Below, one piece after another: positions 13,601 through 26,700 of a stretch of DNA of 64,000 bases. How positions within the stretch are numbered: the first letter of the stretch is position 1; every line of letters starts with the position of its first letter. The position numbers and the translations under genes are program-made. Under the pieces are notes generated by a model. The model ran no database searches. It was given only the letters and a program-made list of their open reading frames with translations, and was not told where the DNA came from. This DNA comes from Raillietiella orientalis (taxonomy: Eukaryota): contig JAYWIR010000059.1 in NCBI GenBank assembly GCA_036172245.1, positions 434,001 through 498,000 on the forward strand. Reading direction: 5' to 3'.

Positions 13601-16600
13601 ACTTTACCGGAATGCGCATTCTGACCCGCGGGAAATAGCTGTCACAAAAGAAAACACGAGAGACATGTTCGAAATAGAAGATCCTTAGCTTTTTCGGTAG
13701 CACAGCTCTTCGCAATCCTTGTAAACTGAAGCGATGGTCCACTTCAGTTGCACTGGACAAAGTAAGGAACCACCATCTCCCCTTTCTTTTTTTCAACGGC
13801 AGAAGGAAGACCAGAGGTAGTTTTCGGAACTCCCGTGACCTTTATGCCGTCGGTGATCACATCAAGGAAAGAGAGGGAAAAAAGTAGGAATTCTGAGAGC
13901 TCCTTTCCTTTGTGCCCCTTTCTGGTAAAAGATGCGCCTTTTTCAGGTTATGCCTGAATTGCCAGCCGCGTAGAAGTACAAGTGGTCATCATCTCTTTGC
14001 TTCAAAACACAAGAATGGTATTTTGCTATTCGAGAACCTCAACCATTGGACCGTAACTGTTCACCTCCTGCGAGAGACGCCTGTCGCTTACCCCAGAAAC
14101 GATGCTCGATAGGCGACCTTCAAACGGAACGTGTGTGCCTACAGTTCCCTGTTCCAACAGGATTCCGTGCTTGTTTGTCAACTCCTTCCCAAGCAGCCTT
14201 CAATATGAATTCGCTCCTCCACAGCGCCTGTTCTCGGATTTTCCGAAATGACGTTCTGCCATAGGGAGGTGCATCAATCCTTCAGCACTCGCGAGAAGGA
14301 AAAACAAAGGTTAAGTAAGCAGTGGTTTCATCTGGCCCACCAGCAAACGCAACAAGGACAGCGTGTAGTCAAAACAACAGGGACAAAAAAAAAAAGCTCA
14401 AGCCCTTTTTCCGAAAGGATTGCAGGCTAAGTTCCAGATATTTTGACACGGCTGCCGCGTTTCGCCTCGCATAATGATTGTTTGCATAAATTCACCGTTA
14501 CCATGGATTTGATCCCCATATGCCAGCAAGCTCCTTACATCGGCTCGACTCGACCGAAATGCTCGAGCACTCCTGGATGAGCAGGAAGTGCTCCCTGGCA
14601 TTCTTTAGCTTGTCTCTCACAGTAAGATATAAAAGAAAATTTCGGAACTCCCCCTGGGGGACAAGTTACCTCTACCATCCGAAATAGCACACTCGATATC
14701 TAACGGAAGAACAGGAATCATCTGTTATAGATTATGATTTCTTCGACAAATGTCAGAAAGGAGCCATCAATCAACAAGAATTTCAGACGATTTAAGGATT
14801 TACCTTCTTCCATAACTTGAAAGGTTACCTCCGTGCACTCGTGGATGTAAGTTCGTACTACAGAGGAAACCTAAGAGGCGTGGCTGCAGTGAGTTCTCGT
14901 GCATGTTGATTAGCAAGCAGTGCCCATTCATGCATGTTTTCATCCGAGTTACGATCCCCGATTCCAGCAATCCAGAGCTTCCTTCATTTCTGTTTTGGAC
15001 TATTTTGAGCTCGCGTTCACATCTCCGTGCAGACGTGACTTCGTTATCGCTTTTTTGCGCTTATGCAGCATCTTCAGAGGAATACCTCTTGGAAGATTCC
15101 TCTTGTCAACAGCTCCCATGCACTTCAGGCTAGGTTTCCCTTCAAGAATCTTGAATAATCGCCATGTGCATCTAGAAGGAATGGAATTCGAAATGCAGAT
15201 CACGGAACTTCGGATTCTGGATAAATTTCCGCCAGGTAATAAGCTCTTCCTGATTCAGCTTAATCCACTTCTTGGGAGTTTGTGGTCCATAGAAACCAGC
15301 TCATGCATCTGGGAACGTGATTCGAACCTCATTATCTGAAATGCAAGTCTTCCAGTTCCATCGTTTCTCACGACAGTGCAGAAACAGTGGCAGTATGGAT
15401 TTAGATGCTTCGTTCCTTCCGGCGTCCCATGTAGTATCCCGCTTCAGGATCAGAAATTTTTTTGCCTGCTTCCTGGAGCTCCCTGCGCTCCTGTCATAAA
15501 GTCTGGTGGGCCGTCTTCAGTCATAGAAAGCTTTCGACGCTTCAAGAGTCCAACTCCCATTATTTCCATCGGATTTGTTCGCTTTTGGATCTTTCTTAAA
15601 TGCGTTTCTGGCTCAAAAATCCTTCATACAGTTTGTCATGCTGACAAGGCTAGGGTGAGTGACCATTAAAATCTGAACAAAAATGCTTTGCTCTCGGAAT
15701 GTTCAAATTTTTTCTTAATGATTTGAAGGGAAAAAAAAAAAAAAAACTCCATTAATCGTGGCAAGATTTGCCACTCCATATAAGGAGCTCTGCTCTTCTA
15801 CAATTCACAGAAACCTTGCTCACAGCTATGGCTCCTTCTCACACGTTACGTCAATCCGCTCTGTCTTGAGACGGAAAGAGCGGCGCTTCGACTAATTTGC
15901 ATTGGGGCTTTGTTTGGCAACGGCTCGCTGTCTTGCGCGACATCGGGGAGCTTCAATCATCTTTTCCAAAAGGCAAATACTCCAGCAGGAAGAGTCGGTC
16001 CTCTTCGTGGACACATTGCAAAGCGGGAAAAATACATTGTACGCGCGCGGAGATCAAGTGCCGCCGCGGAAAGCCGAGAGCGACTGCGAGATGCGAACAT
16101 TCTCGACGTGGAAACTGCTGATTGACAAAAAGTGAGCATTAATCCCGTGATGTGTACGTCGGCACTCAGCAACATGAAGATTCTTCCCTTTTTTTTTTAA
16201 TGTCTTAATCCTCCCAGGAGTGTCTTGAGAAAAAAAAGGAAAAAAAAGAAACATCAACGAGATTGGTTTGATGTGAGACGCTTATTTCGGAGTAACAGCA
16301 GCTTGCTCCAGAGCAGAAAGTGCTGGTCCAACGTCTTTCCAGAATCCTAAGAAAAAACTGCAAGACGGCGGAAGGTGTGCCAGACTACGAATGTGCAATA
16401 TCGCAAGCACAAAGTACGAGCTCTCAATTTTTCACGGTGGACGTAATTTAGCAAACCAAATTCTGCAATTAATCTGGCGCGTTAAAAACGGCAGCGACCC
16501 ACATATACCCGCGGGGGGTTAAATTCCCAGTTAAGTGCGGAGCAGATGCTCATGGAAACCACGCGTTATACCAGAGGAAACGTTGTAGATGCACCTTGCA

Positions 16601-19600
16601 CAAGTCTTCTGAAGTCATAACTTGGCTGCGGAAAATGGCCACAACCATTCCAAATTGTATCAACTTAGACATCAGATGCTGCATTAATTACATCACACGG
16701 TATCTTGTAAGTCATCTTGAATCATCACGGTATCGTTTCCCACTTCATTGAGAATGATTTTTCTGCTGCCTTCCTTTCCGACTGAGGGCTCCAATGATTC
16801 AAGTGCAGATCTTTACCGCTTCTTTCTCCACTTTGAAGAACGCTATGGGAACATCGGAGCAAGATGATTCCACAGCCTTCACATCTCTGCATGAGTTCCG
16901 AAGCAAGAGTTTCTGCATCTCTGTTTTGCATGACCACCTGCAAAGTGGTGATCCCTAAAGTTGACTCAGAACGCTGCCAGAACGTCCGCAATCCAGAAAC
17001 TCGAGCTGTTTCATCCAGTTTCATCCTTCCGAAGCTCCCTGCGTGAGGATCCTGGATGAATTTGGAGAGGGGGAGTTTTCCCGAAGGGCTCTCATCCATC
17101 GCTGTCCGCAGTTCGTCCATAGTGTGTGATTTTAAGAAAACTAAGAGTGCCTAAGACTTCGGATTGTTGCAGGAACAGCATCTCCGGACCATGATCTTTT
17201 TCACTCAGTTTCAACCAAACAGTAGTGGCATTCCCTGAGCACTTCTGAAAAATCACCTACTTCTGTCTATCTCACAAATCAGTGATCTCATAACGATGGT
17301 CAGGGATGCTTCAGTAATACAGTGAGATATCTCCGAAGCGTGCCTGAGCAGTAAAGTTCAGAGGGATTGCATTGGGAAAATGGCATCCAGTATTTTTTGC
17401 CTAATGATATTCTCCTCTTTCCATGTTCTGATGCTTCAAACAAAATGCAGGAAGGGAAATAGAAAACGCTTCGATATGAATGAACATAAAGTAAAAACAC
17501 TAGAAGAAGCCTAAAGAGTACTACTGTTACTCCATTTCGAGTTTATTGAAAGTTTGGAATTTCCATTATCTGGGGGTTGACCACTCACCAGGGGTTGAAT
17601 AGCAGTGATGATCACGCTATCCATGTAGCAGTGGGACGTTATGATGAAACCACATTTCATTAGGTTACCATGAAAGATCAAATAGAGTTGATTTTTCTTC
17701 CATAAAAGTATAGACAACTCGACCAGCACATTCGAAGGGGTCAGCGTATAATGATTAGATGCCAAGGTGCGAAAGCAACAGCGAAATGAATCGTTTTGTG
17801 ATGATGTACTTCAATTATGCTTGCACATTATGTAGATATTGAACATTCTGCTTTGTCTCGAGAACATCTTCGAAGATGAAGCAATGTAAGTAACAGAAGT
17901 CATCGCGGCAACTTCTGGATTTTAAGCCAAAAATTTTGTATTCGAAGGAATCGTCCAATGAGATTGAGGCTGAGGTGTTGCATATTTGCGATTTGTTATA
18001 TATTATATGACATTCTGTGAATCGTGAGTAAAAACAAAGTATGTAATGTATAAAACTAAAAAAAAAACTGAATTGTATGCCGTGGGTTTACGTGACAGAA
18101 TATCTCAGGTTTGTAACCTTAGAAAGCAGGAGATGATAAAAGAGAGACAACAGTATTTAGTACGGATGACTGTATTATATTATGTACTTAAAAGTGATAA
18201 TAAGTATAATCTGCATTACAGATGAATACAATCCACTGTCTAGGTACATGGCATGGTAAATGAATAGCATTCTATGCATCGAAGATTTCTAAGCAGGATA
18301 TACCAATTGATTAGGAATGCAGTTAATCCAGGTAGACTGAGTGCTTCCTGATGCCAGTTATGCAAAAGGACAGTCATAAAATGAGTGTATTTGTTCGAAA
18401 TTTTATGATGTGTGGATGCTGGAATGTTTTCAACACCCTGAAAGTTTCATCGGATATCTTTCACCCACTGTAAAGCACGTATTATTTCTGCAATAAAAGG
18501 CAGTTTCCTCCGTATTTATGGTCTGTTAGAAAAACGTGTTTGGAAGAAGTGCAACAGGCATGAAAGAACTTTTCAAGTAAAAATAGTACTTACGGTTTCA
18601 TCCTAGGAAAAGTCTGGATGAAGAAGTGTTTTAGTCAGTGGTACACTCTAGACACCCCGAGGGTACGGAGAAAAGGTTCTTGATCATATGTACACAGTGA
18701 AAGGCATGTGTTTTCGAGGCGAGCTGAATACAGAATTTTTTGTAATAGACTTGTCCTGAGCAATACACGTGCGAGGACGAGTGATAAAGTCCACCAGAAG
18801 ATTCACACGCACGCGTAAACAAGAGTGCTTCCGTACCAGAGGAAAATCAAACAAAAAAAAAAACGTCAACTGAAAACCTTCTTCTTAATTGAATGTTGGT
18901 TCAATAGAATTATCAGCAGGGAATTCTAGAAAGGAAGCACTACATCAACTTATTTAGAACTGTTTATATTTATTATCAGTCAGTCTCGAAGAACTTTTAT
19001 CTTAACGAGTTACGGTAATAAGACTGCGAATAAATCAGCCAAATTTATTAGAAGTTCCTCGACAGATTTCAGGTACCATCCTATATTTACAACTTGAGCT
19101 TAATTTGTAAAACTGCAGCCTCTTTCAAGAGCTTCCTAGATTGTTTGTTTCAGTTGGCACGCTTTACACTAAAGTACCAATCCTATAATAATAGTCTTTT
19201 AAGGGAACTACAAAGTGCAGACTGGAATTCTCTAGAAGTGTGTACTCTTTTCGTATTTTTTTTCCCCATTCATTCCACGTTTTCTTTTTTTTCTTTTTTT
19301 TTTCAGATTTGCTTTTGATTTGTTCTTCTCGATATATCTGCTGTTCCATTTCTTATCTTCCCTTATCTTATTCTTATTTTTTGCTTTTGGGGAAACTTCC
19401 TTAGAGAGCAGCTCTCAAAAGCATGCTGAAGATGGACGAAGACACTTCCACTCGGAGAGAAAAGGAAGCAAAGAAAAAGATGACTTCTGATGAGCCACTC
19501 ATGATTCAGGACCACGACAGACTCCGAAACAATCATCCCCATAATCGTCCCGACTACAATTTTCAATCATGGAGCAATTTCTGGACGTTGTTTTCCGTAC

Positions 19601-22600
19601 ATTTTATGCAGTAATCTAAAATTAAATTCTTTCCGATTGAATGGGTTAAACAAAAGGTAAGGAAACCTATTTTTCAAGCAATGGCAAAACAGGAACGCAT
19701 AACAATTTGCTTCAAACAACAGACAGTCTAACATGAGGGAAAGAAAAATAGGTGGATGGTAAATGTGGGGAAGATTTAAGATTTCTGGGAAAAAGAACAG
19801 ATCTTATATGTCAAACAGCTTTACATGGATTGATCCCACATCTCATGAGCAGCAGAGAAGCTGTAAGAATGCGACTGCATTTGTCACTCGGGCTGTTTAT
19901 CTACACGGGGAGAGGGATAGACATATGGAAATGCAAAACCATCCTGAAATAGCTGTTCCCGGTGCAGCGGAATACAAAGTGCTGTTTGATTGCACGCGTT
20001 TCTCGAACCCTCCTACTTTCCCGTGATTTGAAAATGATCCTACTTTCTGTTCGAAAGTCTGGAAGTACACTTGCAACCGTAGCTTCGCGAATCTTGCTAT
20101 GGATCCGGATGTCGAATCTTTTCCAAGCTGATTATGTGTTTTTGTTGGATGCTCGCTCCCTTCTCCTTGAATGGCTCCTCGGATACCCTCCATCAGCGAA
20201 GAAGCACCGGAAAGTTTCTGCTGGTTTATCTGAATGAGAAGATGCTATCTTTCGCATTGCAGCTGGATCTCCCTGAACTAAAGACGGCCAACATTACGAA
20301 AAGAGCTCTGTCCTCGACTCTCCGTCAGGCAGAATTTTACGAATTGAGTTACCATAGTCATCAGAATTTAGATAGTTGTCAATCTATCGAAGCTCCTCTC
20401 TTACCAGACTGTTTTAGTTTTCGGAATTGATTCACTAGTTTCTGATTCTTCTGAAAAATAGAATGGGCTCCCCTCCAAGCTTTGTGACATGTTTCAAATT
20501 CCTTTGAATTCGGCAATTCCAGTTCTCTGATAGAGGATCTCTGATATTCCTGCCAACTTTCAGCAAATTTGAATTTTTCTTTTGAAATGAGAGTTAAAGT
20601 ATTTTTTCTGGTCATCACGGAGGCAACCGCTTCTCTTGGACTACTGCTGCTTGAGTATGAGATGGATGTGAAATGTTCAGTAGCAAGTCACCTCCGGGAG
20701 CCATGGTTGGTTAAGTCATCCCCGTTGTTTTTTTTCGTGCGAACATGGAAACAGCAGGATTTAGGTTCACGAAAACGCTTTTGTTTTGCAGTCTGTTTTG
20801 GATGAACTCGCTCTCCGATAAAGCCATCCGGAATGACTAACAAGTGTTCTTGATGACTAACAAGTTCCTGATTGTGCAGTACTGGAAAGATTATCCCCTT
20901 CTGTCTCCTCTGATCGTAAGAGCCACTGATAGTAGGAATTTTAGAGTTCATCCTTATCACAAGAACATCTGACACACAAAATCTTAGTGAAAAGGTCAGA
21001 ACATTTACGCCGGTTCCTTCATTTGTCTTAAAGTATTTTGTTTACTTTCCTGGCCAGATGAGTGACTGACTGCTCTCTAGGAATGCAAAGTAGCATGGGC
21101 GTGTTTGGATCGTGAGAGCGAGAAACCTATTTGTAGCTGTAGATATCTTAATATTCTGCAGACATTCAGAGAAGCTAGTCAGATAGACCAGCATGGTTTC
21201 ACGTAGATGATTTGCCAACTATCGATTTCCCTAATAAACGATTGCTGTACGTCATTCCATATGCATTAACGCTTCTTTCTCATTTTAATAGGCGAGATGT
21301 AAAAAGCCTTCTTATCTGTTAGCGTGCCGTGGAGGATTTTCTTTTTTTTTTTCCTTTCCAGTATTTGTTTTCCCTCTGCTGATACAACGGAAATCAGGTC
21401 ACCCCGAATTCAACAGCAGCAGAACTCGAATCTACCAGTAAATCGTCTCGAGTCCTTAATTCCCTCTCTCGCTTCGTAAGAAATGCTTCTGGCAAGAGAT
21501 TAGCTTCTCAAAGATACAAGCTTGCTCGAAACTTTACGTGGCATAGGCTCACTTGCGACCACGTCGAGAACGACGCCTCCTAGATACCCAAGAGTTCTGT
21601 GCAAACAGCGGTTTGCATCTTATTTCCATAGCAACTACGTAAGCCTTCCTTACAGTGTAGGTTTTTCTGGAAAGATAAAGAGGAAGTTGATAAGTGCGCA
21701 CAGCCACCATGAACTCATCGCCATTGGAATCACATCTCAGCCCTTGGAATGCGAGCCAGTAAGAGTCCAGTCCGATTCGATCCAGTTTCTTGTTGATGGC
21801 ACCCTGAAGTCGAGTTGTTTCACTCTGAGCATGCCGTATTTATTTTGGATAGACCAAATAAGCGCACCACTTGGGCAGCCAGCAAAAAATTCGTAAATAT
21901 GCAACTAAGGGTGGATAAGACGATGTATAATATATCTTATCATGCGTTTTTCGAATGGCAGAGAAAATTAGGTGCTTTGCAAAGTTCATGTAAAGGGAAG
22001 CTCTAAATTCGTGGCGGGATTTTTCCAAAACCATCTCTGCGAGTACATGAATGTTTTCTAATGAAAGATTTCACGTGGGCTTTTTGTGTCCTCGTGACTT
22101 GAGGATGGGCCGGTGACTCACTGTTTGTGGGTGAAGGCTCAGTTTGCTCAACGGCTTTTGTCAGTTTCATACCCCAAAACCCGTGTATTGGAAAGTAGAG
22201 TACAGTCTCATTACATAATGATGAAAAGTAGGTATCGTGTTTGTAAGGAAAATGTGCAAATAAAAATTAGTTTCGCATCTCTTGTCTCACAACATTGGCA
22301 TTTCCTCTTTATGAATTCCTTGAAAATGAAATTCATGAAACAGTGGTGAAAATTGTGTAAATGTGTGTTTACGTGGTGTGTATACGACACGCATGTAAAA
22401 ATTCAAAACATGTCTCCACGAATAATCACTTGGAAATTTCACGAAAAGCTGACTATGCTGTAGGCATTTGAAAAACTTGCTCTAAATTCGTTGATTGGCT
22501 GCTAATTTTGGGAAAAAGAACCCTCAACGTGCTTCCTGCAGAGCTATGTGGTAACGGAAGCTGAAAATCATCTTGATTTTCATCCCCATCCTCGGACTGC

Positions 22601-23679
22601 TCGATAGATCTGAATCAACTGAATATGAGAAGTAAAGAAACCATAAACTTAAGCAGTTGCACTTCTGCAGTTGTGCACACATTCGAAGTGAATTTACGTG
22701 ACGAAGAGAAATCTTTTTGCCAGGTGCGTGATGTCTCTCTTTCCCATCAGTAGACATGAATTTTGCATTGCACTCTGCTGACGGGACTTTTCGCCCTCCC
22801 ATTTCGAAAATGCAAATTCTCAAACGGAACTCATTCTCGAATGGAGAGCTCACAGCCGAAGTCCAGGACTTCCAAAGGCGAAAAGCAGCATCCAACCCAT
22901 GAGTTGGAAAATGGTTCTTCCAATTGCCGAGGAAACCCTCTTTCACAAATCAACTTCTTTGGGCAGCTGCAGTAGCAAGGTGGTTGATAGACAGTTGCCG
23001 TTCTCATTTGCTTCAATTTTTATCACAGAAAATGAGTGAAATGAGTGCTCGGGAATGGATGCAAATTAAAATTAATGAAGCATCCAGGATTTTTCTTTCA
23101 CTGACTTCGATTGCACTGGAGTTCTAGATGAAGTGGAAATGCAAGTTCGCCTGTGTTACTGCATTCTGAATGACGTGTCCCGATTCCTTTGTCATTATGA
23201 TAAAGAAAAAAATAATGCCTAATTCCGCATCTCATTCAGATAGACTCCAAACAAATCAGGAATGGATGCTATCACTGGAGGACAGTTGTGCGGATGAATT
23301 GCCTTGCAGCTTGGTTCGAAAAAAGAGGCGGAGGAGGTTTCTAAGAATTCATTGCAATATTGGAACATCTTGGAAAGGACGGCTGCTAATAAACACGACT
23401 CCAGAGTAACTGATCATAGTGAAAGTATGCTCCAATGCATTCAGGGTGCGTGTGATGCATTGCAGAATCTCACCAACTGTACTTCAAAAGAAGAATTTTC
23501 GCAGATCCACCATAATTGCTTCTTCGTCGATAAAAAAGAGTTGTGCTCCTGACAGATCATGGAAAGTATTGCCAATTTTTTTTCCATCTCTTTATCGAGT
23601 GATCTTTACTTGATTTACGCTCTCAAATTATTGGCTTTCGTGATACAAATTCTAAGGAATTTTTAAAGCTCAGTGTTAA

Positions 23680-23780
23680 AAAAGCGATCAGACATCTCTA
23701 GTAACACATTCAACGCCGAGCTCTAAGCACTTTTGGATGTTCAGTACTGAATGTGTTGCTAGAGATGTCTGATCGCTTTT
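23680..23780. repeat. 33-bp inverted repeat/hairpin (one mismatch, G-U pairable), 35-nt loop
   Basis: AAAAGCGATCAGACATCTCTAGTAACACATTCA (23680-23712) vs TGAATGTGTTGCTAGAGATGTCTGATCGCTTTT (23748-23780). Confidence 0.92.
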
Positions 23781-26700
23781 CTTTGGCAGGCGTAACTAAG
23801 ACCAAGGAGAACTACAAAATTCGGAATCTTGAAATTTTCAGAAGTTAAGCTGTTTCAATAGCCTCAGCAACGTTAGGGTAAAGCGCTAGTCCTCATCTCT
23901 GAACGTTTATTTGGAAATGAGTATTTTGGTCTCCACCTCGAAAATTACACACTAATTAGTTGGAATCATTCGAATCATTTGATTATCCAAAGGAAATTTC
24001 CACATTTCAACAAAAATATATATATATATTGGAGGAAACCTTGCCGTCCATGATCGCCATCGCTGTGAAAAAAAAGAATGCTGAGTACTTTCAGTTAATA
24101 TTTATGGAACAATCTCCAAACAAGAATGAGTTTAGAAAAGCTGATCAGGTAGTTTCGCAGTCTTTCTTAAAACAGATTATTTCCTGATACTGACGAATAA
24201 TGGTGAAAAAAATATTTGAAAAGCTCATTGCGATCTCTTGAATCCTTGAGAATATCTCTAAATCTCTATCTTGTAAGCCTCAATTTGCATGAGTTAATTG
24301 TTCAGCAGGCCGTTAGGAATTTCTAATGAGAACACAGTAAACACCACAGGGAAGAAAGACTCCACCAGCGAGTGTGAAGGTAACATCTTTGAAAATATTT
24401 TTTATTCCTCTGAACCTTCCCTGTATAATGCGAGCATTCATCAATGGAGGCTTGTGATACGGATGCTCAAGGATAGAATATGGTATTTAACGATGTACGC
24501 CATCACAGGAAGCAACTTTTTTCCAGGATGACGACCACTAAAGTGACTAAATATAACTATGTGGTCTCTAAAGGAAGGATTTGGATAAAAGGAGATATGT
24601 GGACTCTTTTTCTTAAAGGACAGCTAGACCAGTTCGAAAAAGATCAGATTCCATGAAACTTTTCCCTCCACAACCCTACGGAATCGAGCCAACGTGCCCG
24701 ATCGTAGAAACACTTAGAGTGAAGGGGGGGGGAGCCAAAACTTCTTTGACAAATAAAGAGATGTACTGGATTCATCTCTTTATTTGCCACCATATAATAT
24801 TCGAAATGGCAAAAAATAAGTACAAACTCTTCTATTCCCAAAGCCAACCATGTACAGGCATCGTCCATTTCTCCTCCACTTTCCTTATAGCACAAGCTGG
24901 GAAGCCCGGTGGAAAGATAGGCATTGATTTCTGAGAGAAAACTCTCTTGGCAGAAAAAGTGTTTAGGAACATTTTAAAAGGATTGCTGCACATGACTCCC
25001 CACATGTAGACAGTGCTTCTTACAAGCTGCCTTTCATATAGTTTCTCTTAGACAAAAACAAGTTACATTTGATGGCAAGAAATAGTTGCTAAGGTTGAAT
25101 TTGATTTAATCGTGTGTTTGCATGGATGTATGTGAGACCATTGTGTAGAAATGCGTAACTTTATCACGTGTGTCTGAGACGGTGTACACATGCGTTGCAT
25201 TTCTATCGTACTCATCACTTTCTTGCGTTTTGCTGCTCTCCCCTGCCATGTTGGTCTGGCGTTGTCTCCTCCTACATTAGCTCTTCAGTCTTCATGATAC
25301 AAACGCCGTGTAATTATGAAACCAAAAGATTCTAATAAATGAAGTCATTTGTGATAGGAGCATGAAGAATGTACAATAACGTACATTTTTCGTGTATGCT
25401 TCTGTCAGCTGCACTGCATGTGAACAGAACACCCCGAGACTACGTAAGAGGAACAAATTTTCAATTATATTTCGAATTTATTTGCCAAACACGAGTACCC
25501 ATTTCTTTTCAGATTTCTTTCAGAATGTCATAAAAGATATCAAGAATCTCTGAAAAGGAAAATCTTGAAAATTACAGATATAATGCAAATGCAATCATTG
25601 TAAGTTTTGAATGGCCCCCACTTAGCATACAGGAATGACCTCAGATGCAATGCATTCATCAGACGGTCAGTTGGTATGAGAATCAAGAAGTGTTAGTTTA
25701 TGAGAGCATATTCTGAAGCAATCAAGAAAGATGGATGACATCTGCAGCTGAAAGAAACAGGAATAAACACGGAATGAGAAATTAGCCATTGGTGATAGCT
25801 TTTTTTTTTAGAAGCAGTCGTTAACTAAAGTGCATTTTTATTGTTTTCAATAAAAGTTGATATAGATGCAGCCGAAATGCAAAATGGTGAGTTTCGGCTC
25901 TGATGAAAACTTTTCAGTAATAATTTTCCATGTCTCTACATGACGGCTGAAATTAGGCCAGAGGGGAGAATGGGGGGAGGAAAAAAGTACATATGAACTC
26001 ACTATGTCCCGGAGATTTTATATCATGGCATGACCAGCTGCTCTGTGCTTTTATTGCCATCGAAGAATTTGAATTACAAAAATGAAAAAGGCTCAGATCT
26101 GTTTTTTTTTTTTTTTCCTTCTTCTCACGGGGAATTTCCAAGAGTTCCCAGATGATGCGGGACACATCCCTTTGTCATTTTCTTTTTTTCCCTCTCGTCT
26201 GAAGCGTGCTCAGAGTGACTACATGCATGGCGTACAAAGTATTCTTAAGTTGCGGATTAAGAGGATAAGGCTAATCCGAAAGGTATTATCAATTTTTTGT
26301 GGTTATTTATTGAGGCAGATGCTGGTGACTATAACGGAACCTCACAGATGAATTTGGAGATTCGGAACAGCCTTTTGGAGGTTGTGATAGGAGATGAAAA
26401 TGATTTGAGCTAACTGTGAAATCCCAGGAGCGAAGGATTTCGGTTCCAAGAAGGGAAATTCAAAATCTGGTATTCAAGCTGCAGACTAATTCATAAATTC
26501 ACCCACTCGGAGCATCTGAAGATTCCGAAAGGATTGCTGGAATGGGATGTTCGTCCACGTAAGTAAAGGTGAAAGAAGAAGGTGAAGCTGATAAGCAGAG
26601 TAGAAAACTTTCAGTTTACCAGAGACTGAAATAAGCGTTTATTGAGGCAGATAAGTCAAGACGAGAAACACAAAATTCAGTGTATCCTAATGGGTGGAAA

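Noticed and set aside
15897..16140. CpG-rich island with several overlapping short ORFs
   Set aside because: The ORFs reflect GC content; it may be a promoter or UTR exon, but strand and structure cannot be established
19423..19614. Charged 63-aa ORF MLKMDEDTSTRREKEAKKK...
   Set aside because: Looks hydrophilic, but no homology recognised and no convincing splice sites
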